Shown here piece by piece: positions 56,538 through 64,000 of a DNA stretch of 64,000 nucleotides (positions within the stretch are counted from its first letter, which is position 1; each line of letters opens with the position of its first letter). The DNA lies in the NCBI GenBank assembly GCA_043821365.1, contig JBDRCX010000006.1, positions 32,001 through 96,000 on the forward strand. Reading direction: 5' to 3'. The stretch is from Candidatus Micrarchaeota archaeon (lineage in GTDB: Archaea; Micrarchaeota; Micrarchaeia; Anstonellales; Bilamarchaeaceae). The notes beneath the pieces are model-generated. The model ran no database searches and had not been told where the DNA came from. It was given only the letters and a program-made list of their open reading frames with translations. Position numbers and translations under genes: made by a program.

Positions 56538-57306
56538 CCTCCCCCAGAATATCCATTATGGACATTATTCTCTTTCTTTTTTTCAAATCCTCAGCCATTT
56601 CGCCTATTAATTTTGCCCTCAACGGGGCATATTGTTCTTTTGTGAGTTGTACATTGCCGACCATATTTCGTTTTGCACGTACATTGAAAGTGAAAAGGCA
56701 ATCAGATGAACCAGTAACATTATGGCAGAAATAACAATCAGAACTACTTACAGTAAGACTGCACTCAAAACAGCGTTTGAGAGAATTGTTATAGAGGCAT
56801 CTTATGAGCATGGAACTGTCACCGCTTGAAGTTGATGCAAAACAATATTCGTTATTCCGTAGCATGTAGCAGTATGCAACATATTTTCCATTGACAATCA
56901 TTGATGAATCAAGAACATAATTGCTGTCAGTTATGTTATCTGAATTTTTCACAAATTTCGAGTTTCCGAGAACTTTGTTGCCACTGTAAATGAATTTTTC
57001 TTCTACTGCATCAAAGAGAGAATCAACATCCTTGATTCGGTTTACATCAATTGGCTTGGACAGAATAGATGCACTTTGGATTTCTTTATTGTAATCAAAA
57101 AATCTGGCTTTTGGAGGATAATGTTTTGACGTGACAAATAGGTCTTTGCCAGATATTATTGATTTTACTGATTTGCCAACCAATGGTTCTTTTAGATAGT
57201 CAGAATAATCAGACATCACGCTAAGTGGTTCCCCAAATAGGACTTTGGTAGTTTGCTTCCAAGCATTATCCATAATTGTCTCTATGCCATTAGTTTCGAA
57301 TGCCAT
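56530..57306 (-). CDS. Cys-rich repeat protein family, module A
   Basis: AWKQTTKVLFGEP; DVNRIKDVDS; GNKVLGNS; start at ATG 57306. Confidence 0.88.
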   Translation of the reverse strand: MAFETNGIETIMDNAWKQTTKVLFGEPLSVMSDYSDYLKEPLVGKSVKSIISGKDLFVTSKHYPPKARFFDYNKEIQSASILSKPIDVNRIKDVDSLFDAVEEKFIYSGNKVLGNSKFVKNSDNITDSNYVLDSSMIVNGKYVAYCYMLRNNEYCFASTSSGDSSMLIRCLYNNSLKRCFECSLTVSSSDCYFCHNVTGSSDCLFTFNVRAKRNMVGNVQLTKEQYAPLRAKLIGEMAEDLKKRKRIMSIMDILGEGA

Positions 57307-58886
57307 AATTTTGACCCTCTTCCACCTAAATTGAAAATGCTCCACGGAATGCTCTTTCTTTTTTCAAGATCATCAACGATCTGAGCAAGAACAGTGGATT
57401 TAATTGATTTGAACTTATCCTGTGGCAACACTCCATTGCCAATTGCAAACCGTAAATTTTTTGCATTAAAACAAAACATACTATCTCGTACATTTTCGCA
57501 ATTGTGTGCAAAGTAAATATCTGAACAGTTATTTGATGCATCCACCTCAAATGCTCTTGAGAGATTCATGGAATAATATGTGTGAATACAGAAATTCGAA
57601 GTAAATGAAAGACCACAACCATAGACATATTTTGAATGCCTAGGCCAATAGGAAAAGGCAACATTTTCATTGAATGATGCAATTGGACAGTAATAACAAT
57701 TTACAGAAGTATTGCAAAGTGGAACCATGATTAAATTTTTTGTTTCTCCCAATTGACCTTCTGGATTGAAATAAGCAATTTTACCGATTGATTTTTTCAA
57801 GCTAGACAATGACTCTATATCTTCTCCATCAAGTTGCAGATTTTCTCCTAATGCCCAATTTTCCCATTGGGTAACTAATCGATCACGAGAATAAAGGTGG
57901 AATGGTGAAGTTTCACCAAGATAAACTGGTTTTCCGGTTGCCGAAGATTTTTCTTCACTTATATATGGCACATGACTTAGCAACCAGCCCTTATAATTAT
58001 CAATTTGTGAAAGGGGGTTGTTGAATAAAAGAGATGTTGTTTTTTGAAAACCTAATTCAATAGGTCCTTTATTTTTTTGTTCTTTATCATCAGAAGGATT
58101 GAAATTTTTTGGAACAGGAAGTGCATCACAACTTTTTGATGCAATTTCCATCAATGATGGAAGTTTTTTCTTTATCTCAAGCTCAATCTTAAGATCTTCA
58201 ATAAGTTTTTCTTTTAAAGAAAGATATTTTTCTTTTGTCAATTGGATATTTCCTATGACATTTCTTTTGTTTTTTAGATTAAATGAAAAAAGAACATCCT
58301 GTGAACCCTGGACACATGAACTGAAATAACAATCACTTGAATCATAACATTTCCATGCTTCAAGACATCGTGATTGTTTGTGGGTTTCAAATGCCCTTAC
58401 TGTTGAGGTTGTAAAAGCATCACTAACAACACCAAAAAGATATTTGCTACCCCGGCAATATGAACAATATGCCATATATTCTGAATCATAGATAAAATTG
58501 GAATTGTAAACATAGAACGAGTTTTGTACATCTGAACTTTTTTCAACATGTTTGGAATTTCCAAGAACAACATTACCGCAATAGTAAACTCTTTCTTCCA
58601 AAGCTTCAATGATAGAATCGATATCTTTGATCTCATTTATATTCAATGGTTCGAATTTTTGGCCATAATCAATTTCATCAAGTGAAATAAATTTGGCATT
58701 GTCTTCATAATCAGATACGGCACAGTACACTTCTTTATTTGATTTTGCTGATTTTTTATTTTTTAGAGGAACACAACCTTCTGAAAGCCATTCGGAATAG
58801 TTATCAATATCACCTACCTCTGCACCTAAGAGCACTTTCATAGTAGATTTCCAAGACTTGTTTATTGATTCACGAACCTCGGTCAT
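57282..58886 (-). CDS. Cys-rich repeat protein family, fused A-B
   Basis: FEPLNINEIKDIDS; IELGFQKTTSLLFNNPLSQIDNY. Confidence 0.88.
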   Translation of the reverse strand: MTEVRESINKSWKSTMKVLLGAEVGDIDNYSEWLSEGCVPLKNKKSAKSNKEVYCAVSDYEDNAKFISLDEIDYGQKFEPLNINEIKDIDSIIEALEERVYYCGNVVLGNSKHVEKSSDVQNSFYVYNSNFIYDSEYMAYCSYCRGSKYLFGVVSDAFTTSTVRAFETHKQSRCLEAWKCYDSSDCYFSSCVQGSQDVLFSFNLKNKRNVIGNIQLTKEKYLSLKEKLIEDLKIELEIKKKLPSLMEIASKSCDALPVPKNFNPSDDKEQKNKGPIELGFQKTTSLLFNNPLSQIDNYKGWLLSHVPYISEEKSSATGKPVYLGETSPFHLYSRDRLVTQWENWALGENLQLDGEDIESLSSLKKSIGKIAYFNPEGQLGETKNLIMVPLCNTSVNCYYCPIASFNENVAFSYWPRHSKYVYGCGLSFTSNFCIHTYYSMNLSRAFEVDASNNCSDIYFAHNCENVRDSMFCFNAKNLRFAIGNGVLPQDKFKSIKSTVLAQIVDDLEKRKSIPWSIFNLGGRGSKLWHSKLMA

Positions 58887-60448
58887 TTCATCCCTCCGAT
58901 GGTAAAAATATTAAATCGAAGATTTTTCTTGTCAAGTATTTCTGAACTTAGTTGCTCAGTGATAGATTCTTTTATTTTGGAATAATCTGCTTGTGGGATG
59001 GTCGTATTCCCAATTGCATGCCTCTTGCCTTTTACATTAAAACAGAACATACTGTCACTTAGACCCTCAGAATTATGACAGAAAAATGAATCAGAACATT
59101 TGTTCGACGTGTCTACTTCTAGACAACGGCTAAGATATAGTGAATTATGACAATTGATACAGAACTCGGAATTCATATTACGGTAGCCACCAAAAATATA
59201 CTTTGAACTAAATGCTGATGATATGACACCAAGATTTTCACTTTGGACTATGTCAAAGCCTTTGTAGACATTGTTCGTATAGTAAACTAATGGTGACTGA
59301 ATGATATTACTATTTACACCATCCAAAATTTCAACTGAAAAATAGGCAATTTCAGCGAGATTTGAAATGATTGAATCTACTGAATTGATTTTTGATGGAT
59401 CCAGAGTGAGTTTACTAAGTTCCAACCCTTCCCCTAAAGTAACTAGAAGTTCTTTTGGAAAAAGAGAAAGGGCATATAGATCTGGATGAAGAGGGAGATA
59501 GGTTGTTCTTCCAAACATTGTTTTTATTGAATCCATCTTTATTTTTTCAGATGAAAGCCAAGACTCATAATTTTTTATTGTTCCAGGATCTTTTTTCAGA
59601 ATAATTTTGAATGTTGATGTAAAACTCCTCTCAATTACTTGCATATCGCCTGTATCTGGTTTTTTTGGTGTGGAAAGAACTGGTCGTTTTGGTATTTTTC
59701 CCTTTCTTACTAGATCAAATAATGAAGGGTATTTTTTATTCTTTTTCAGATCATGAACAACTTCGGATATAAGCTTCTTTTTCAATTCTAGATATTTGTC
59801 CCTAGTAAGTTGAAGATTTCCAATTCTATACTTTTTATTTCTTTGGAAAAATGAAAACAAAAGCTCACTAGAATTGACGCATTGATTAGAAAAATAGATA
59901 TCAGTACAATCACCGAGAATTTGACTTTCAAAAATACGCTTGCAATGAAACCCACCATAGAACTTTATTGTAAATTCTGTTTTTCCGAACCACCCTGAAC
60001 CAAAAATATGTTTACTGTTAAGACGAACTAAAGATGAATGGAAAACGTTAGTAGATTGGGAGATATTCAGAGAATTGGCAACATAATTTGAATCCATTAC
60101 AAGATCTGAAGATTCAACGAACTTGGAATTACCTAGAATTCTGTTGCCTGTGTATGTCCATTCTTCAGAAACTGCCCTTGTAATTGAATCAATGTCTTTG
60201 ATATCATTTATTGACAGTGGTTTTGATTCTTTTATTTCATCTGCAGAAATAACTTTTGCCAATTTAGAATAATCTGATGCAAGTACCACATCTTTACCAG
60301 AAATTGCGGATTTTGAAACTTGAGGTTTTGGACAGTACTCCTTCAACCACTCTTCATAATCCCTAAGCTCACCTAGCTCTTCTCCAAGAAGAATCTTGCA
60401 TGTTGATGACCAGGATTTGTTAAGTGATGAATAAAGCTCGGAATTCAT
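58883..60448 (-). CDS. Cys-rich repeat protein family, fused A-B
   Basis: SWSSTCKILLGEELG; PLSINDIKDIDS; IERSFTSTFKIILKKD. Confidence 0.88.
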   Translation of the reverse strand: MNSELYSSLNKSWSSTCKILLGEELGELRDYEEWLKEYCPKPQVSKSAISGKDVVLASDYSKLAKVISADEIKESKPLSINDIKDIDSITRAVSEEWTYTGNRILGNSKFVESSDLVMDSNYVANSLNISQSTNVFHSSLVRLNSKHIFGSGWFGKTEFTIKFYGGFHCKRIFESQILGDCTDIYFSNQCVNSSELLFSFFQRNKKYRIGNLQLTRDKYLELKKKLISEVVHDLKKNKKYPSLFDLVRKGKIPKRPVLSTPKKPDTGDMQVIERSFTSTFKIILKKDPGTIKNYESWLSSEKIKMDSIKTMFGRTTYLPLHPDLYALSLFPKELLVTLGEGLELSKLTLDPSKINSVDSIISNLAEIAYFSVEILDGVNSNIIQSPLVYYTNNVYKGFDIVQSENLGVISSAFSSKYIFGGYRNMNSEFCINCHNSLYLSRCLEVDTSNKCSDSFFCHNSEGLSDSMFCFNVKGKRHAIGNTTIPQADYSKIKESITEQLSSEILDKKNLRFNIFTIGGMK

Positions 60449-60535
60449 GTTAGTATGGACGCTTTAATCATATAATAGAGTAACACCGTTGCAGAGCGGT
60501 TTTGGCATCTCTCAATGAAATAATGCGTTGTTTAA

Positions 60536-61252
60536 TCAGCGCATGATCCGTAAGATGTCATTCAAAACTGGAAGTAACTTCTTTTCTGCTTTTCTCAAAA
60601 GTTCTGCACAAGTAGACGGACTTATGTCTAGTTTCTTTGACAGCTCTTCTATATTGATTTTTTTAGGTTCTTCATAATACCCATATCTACAGGCAAGATC
60701 AAAAACTTCCATCTGTCTATCTGTTAAAATTTCACTGGCAAATTTTAGTTTACTAAACCCAGACGTTCTAAAATTATCAAGAGAAACTGATTGTGAAGGT
60801 TCAAGATATCTTTTTGATTTGATTTTAAGATCATAACCATGGTCTTTTACAAGTTCCATAAAATGTTTTAAACTTTTGAAATTCGGTGCAAGCATGGTAA
60901 CATGATCAACACCATCCTCTGTCCATGTTGGCTCTATCCACATGGTTTTAGTTTTTGCAAGTGCAGGAGCAGTGGCAAGATCCTTGCTTTGTTTAACAGA
61001 AATTTGTGACTTGTGATTACCTATTATGATTATTGCGACTTCTTTGACTTTTGATTGTTTTTTGAAGAGTTCGACAGTAGACCTGAGGTTGGATGTATCA
61101 ACTTCAAAAAGATTAGTAATTGTTTTTTCATCCTGGCCTATTGTTGCAAGCCATTTTATTTTGACATCTTTTAATTTGTCAGTAACTGCTATTGAAGTAC
61201 AATCATGGATTTGTTCAAGCTCCACAATAAGAGGTTGAATTTTATCAGCCAT
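60536..61252 (-). CDS. HTH-10 (bacterio-opsin activator-like) transcriptional regulator
   Basis: LTDRQMEVFDLACRYGYYEEPKKINIEELSKKLDISPSTCAELLRKAE. Confidence 0.9.
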   Translation of the reverse strand: MADKIQPLIVELEQIHDCTSIAVTDKLKDVKIKWLATIGQDEKTITNLFEVDTSNLRSTVELFKKQSKVKEVAIIIIGNHKSQISVKQSKDLATAPALAKTKTMWIEPTWTEDGVDHVTMLAPNFKSLKHFMELVKDHGYDLKIKSKRYLEPSQSVSLDNFRTSGFSKLKFASEILTDRQMEVFDLACRYGYYEEPKKINIEELSKKLDISPSTCAELLRKAEKKLLPVLNDILRIMR

Positions 61253-61281
61253 ATAACAGATTCACCTTGATGATTTTAATA

Positions 61282-62388
61282 TTATGCAGCTTTTAGATTT
61301 TTTACAGGAAGAACTGTTTGTCCTTGGCCTCTGTGACTTGGGATTCTCTTCTTATCAAGTGCAAATGCCTCCCTTGCTCTTTTGCAGACAGTGTCACATA
61401 TGGAACCCTGTTCAGTTTCCTTATTTGACCTAAGCCAGGCTTCTGCTTCTCTTACATAATGTGTAATTAAAAGAACACGATTTGCTACGATTTCTTCAAA
61501 TGAATGGCCTCTAAGATCACCTTCATTCATATCAAGATTTGTAAATTTAGATGTGAAACATGCAGTAATATGGCCTTCTGCAGTTACACGCATATTATTT
61601 GAGGCACCATCGTGCACATCAGATAAAAAACGTTCGACTCTTTCCCTTGTTGTTAAACCATCACTTAGGATTAATGGTAAAGTGCATGCCCTTCCAGTTC
61701 TGCGCAATGGTTTTGCTGTTAAATCAACATCTAGAAATGGATTTGGAAGAGATCTTGGACTGCCATCAGGATTTGTCCTTCTTGCATTTTCAAAAATTGC
61801 AAAGTTTTCTCTTACCCATCTAAAAAAATCAGTCTCAAGAATTTCTCTTTCTGTTAAAACAGGGAATAGAGAACGGATCTGAACAGGCATCTCAACAGAT
61901 TCAGGAAAACAAAGGACTTTTAGGCCTCTTGCAGCTAACGGTGCTCTTGATATGAATAGAAGAGCATCACGAATTCTATTTTCATCTGAAAGATAACCGT
62001 ATGGATGGTATGTGACATTGAAACGAACGTGTATACCAGATTCTGCAAATTCTCGCAAAACAGTTTCAAGATGATCTTTATCCATATGGGGATTAAATCC
62101 ACCAGTTAATACTCCTATGAAATTTGCATAACGTGAGACTGAACGCAAAAAATTTGGAAGATCGCTGTGATAGGTTGGATCTCCACCTCCAAGTAGATTG
62201 ATTTTTGTTCCAAGATCAGGAACTAGACGGGACTTGGGTCTTAGTCGGAAGTGACCAGACTGAAATAAAAGATCAACATCTTCTGGAGACAGCTCCAGTC
62301 CTTTCATATTGGCACTATCCCCACAGTGCTTGCAACCATTGCCGCATTTGGATGTTGGATCTAATTGGCTGATGGTAAGATTATCCAT
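61282..62388 (-). CDS. Radical SAM protein with a C-terminal SPASM/twitch-like extension
   Basis: CGNGCKHC (CxxxCxxC), LLGGGDPT, RVTAEGHITAC..., ICDTVC. Confidence 0.85.
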   Translation of the reverse strand: MDNLTISQLDPTSKCGNGCKHCGDSANMKGLELSPEDVDLLFQSGHFRLRPKSRLVPDLGTKINLLGGGDPTYHSDLPNFLRSVSRYANFIGVLTGGFNPHMDKDHLETVLREFAESGIHVRFNVTYHPYGYLSDENRIRDALLFISRAPLAARGLKVLCFPESVEMPVQIRSLFPVLTEREILETDFFRWVRENFAIFENARRTNPDGSPRSLPNPFLDVDLTAKPLRRTGRACTLPLILSDGLTTRERVERFLSDVHDGASNNMRVTAEGHITACFTSKFTNLDMNEGDLRGHSFEEIVANRVLLITHYVREAEAWLRSNKETEQGSICDTVCKRAREAFALDKKRIPSHRGQGQTVLPVKNLKAA

Positions 62389-62538
62389 AGGCTAGTATTG
62401 TGTGGAAAACTATATAAAAGTGATGAATAGTGATAGAGAATAAGTGTTTTAATTATTAGCAACTATTTAACATTTGTTAAATACTGGTTGTTAAAAATTT
62501 CACTTCGTGAAATTTTGACAAACCAACATAGTGATATT

Positions 62539-63624
62539 ATGAACAAGATCAAATGTGCAGTTGTTGGGGTTGGAAATTGTTTTGCTGGTCTGGTACAGGG
62601 AATTGAGTATTACAAACTGAATCCTGAACAGAGAGTAGTTGGAGTCATGCATGAAGAGATGGGCGGATATTCTATTCATGATATTGATTTTGTTGCTGGG
62701 TTTGATGTTGATTCTAAAAAAGTGGGCCAAACATTAAGCAATGCGGTTTATGCCGAACCGAATAAAGTAAAATGGGTTGAATCTTTATCTTCCATGAGTG
62801 ATGTTACTGTGAAACAATCCCCCCAATTGGATGGAGTGGGGATATATGTAAGTAAAGTCGTGCACCCAGTAAAAGAAAGGCCAATTGAAGAACTTAAAAA
62901 AGAGATTGTGACAGAGTTGGCTGAAAAAAAAGTAGAGATTATTGTTTCCTATTTACCAGTTGGATCTGATAATGCTACAAAATTCTGGGCACAGGTTTGT
63001 TTGGATGCTGGAGTTGGATTTGTTAATTGTATGCCGAGTTTTATTGCTTCAGATCCAGAATGGGCAGCGAAATTTGAAAATTCTGGAATTCCCATCGTTG
63101 GAGACGACATAAAAGGCCAGGTCGGAGCTACCATAGTTCACAGAACACTTGCAAAACTCTGTGATAAAAGAGCAACAAAAATAGAAAAAACATATCAAAT
63201 CAATGTTGGTGGAAATACTGATTTTTTATCCATGAAAGAACAGGATAGACTCACATCAAAAAAGATATCAAAAACAGAATCAGTTCAATCACAACTTTCT
63301 CAGAGATTGGAGGATGACCAGATATATGTTGGGCCATCAGATTTCATCCCATTTTTAGGAAATACAAAATTAATGTTTATGCGAATAGAAGGTAAGATGT
63401 GGGCAAATATTCCTTATAATATGGAAGTTAGATTAGAAGTTGATGATAAAGCCAATTCAGCAGGAATAGTAGTTGATGCAATAAGATATTGTAGAATAGC
63501 ACTTGACAGAAAGCAAGGAGGCCCATTGATTGGCCCAAGTGCCTGGTTGATGAAACATCCACCAAAACAGTTCAGTGATGATGAAGCACAACGACTTGCA
63601 AGTGAATTTGTAAAAAATAAATAA
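62539..63624 (+). CDS. ino1: Myo-inositol-1-phosphate synthase
   Basis: AVVGVGNC, SYLPVGS, IVGDDIKGQVGAT, NVGGNTDF, DKANSAG, MKHPP. Confidence 0.95.
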   Translation: MNKIKCAVVGVGNCFAGLVQGIEYYKLNPEQRVVGVMHEEMGGYSIHDIDFVAGFDVDSKKVGQTLSNAVYAEPNKVKWVESLSSMSDVTVKQSPQLDGVGIYVSKVVHPVKERPIEELKKEIVTELAEKKVEIIVSYLPVGSDNATKFWAQVCLDAGVGFVNCMPSFIASDPEWAAKFENSGIPIVGDDIKGQVGATIVHRTLAKLCDKRATKIEKTYQINVGGNTDFLSMKEQDRLTSKKISKTESVQSQLSQRLEDDQIYVGPSDFIPFLGNTKLMFMRIEGKMWANIPYNMEVRLEVDDKANSAGIVVDAIRYCRIALDRKQGGPLIGPSAWLMKHPPKQFSDDEAQRLASEFVKNK

Positions 63625-63625
63625 T

Positions 63626-64000
63626 CTAACGTACCAGAGCACGTGCTTTCAAGACAGTGTTTCCATGCCCGCGATGACTTGGAAAACGCTTGGGGTCATC
63701 TATAAATGCTTCTCTTGCTCTTCTACAAACAGTATCACATATTGTACCTGATTCAGACGTATGTGATCTTAGCCATCTTCTTGATTCAGAAATAAGATGT
63801 TCGATAAATAATAAACGATTAGACCGAATTTCATCATAATTATGACCATACAAATCTCCCTCAAAAAAATCTGTTCGTGGAAATCTGGATGATTCACAAC
63901 CTGTCACAAAACCATCATATGTGACTCTAAGAGGATGGACATATAATTGCGGTGCTAAAGCAAGCATAGCTTCAACATTCCTCGTAGTGGTAGTACCAGA
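63626..64000 (-). CDS. 3' part of a second radical SAM paralog (runs off the window)
   Basis: Frame open to the window edge; RVTYDGFVTGC...GTICDTVCRRAREAF...PSHRG matches the C-terminus of 61282..62388. Confidence 0.8.
   Translation of the reverse strand, partial: SGTTTTRNVEAMLALAPQLYVHPLRVTYDGFVTGCESSRFPRTDFFEGDLYGHNYDEIRSNRLLFIEHLISESRRWLRSHTSESGTICDTVCRRAREAFIDDPKRFPSHRGHGNTVLKARALVR

Noticed and set aside
39014-60448. Diversity-generating retroelement acting on the Cys-rich paralogs
   Set aside because: No reverse transcriptase in the window; the similar 3' ends differ at all base types, mostly at synonymous positions, with no adenine-specific TR/VR pair seen

Overview
AT-rich archaeal chromosomal segment. 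The DPANN assignment is inferred and Micrarchaeota is my best guess, based on Rpo7/Spt4, archaeal SecDF, the DUF359 dephospho-CoA kinase, split GMP synthase B, intron-containing tRNAs and many lineage-specific ORFs. The region 1-38.9 kb is mostly housekeeping genes (cysS, alaX, rpiA, guaA-B, endonucleases Q and IV, secF/secD, a type IV pilus-type ATPase, pilin-like genes, rpo7, spt4) mixed with large ORFans. Two things stand out. (1) A ~21.5 kb locus (39014-61252) holds 14 paralogous Cys-rich repeat proteins built as ten A-then-B units (6 fused genes, 4 split gene pairs). They are interleaved with 3 TrmB-like and 2 HTH-10-like regulators, share promoter motifs, and surround a central HerA/VirD4-like ATPase. 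(2) Short, near-perfect hairpin micro-elements recur in the D-loops of both tRNA-Ala genes (which also carry G55), in frame inside a protein gene, as tandem duplications, and as intergenic mosaics. All product calls come from motif recognition by eye; no database searches were run.
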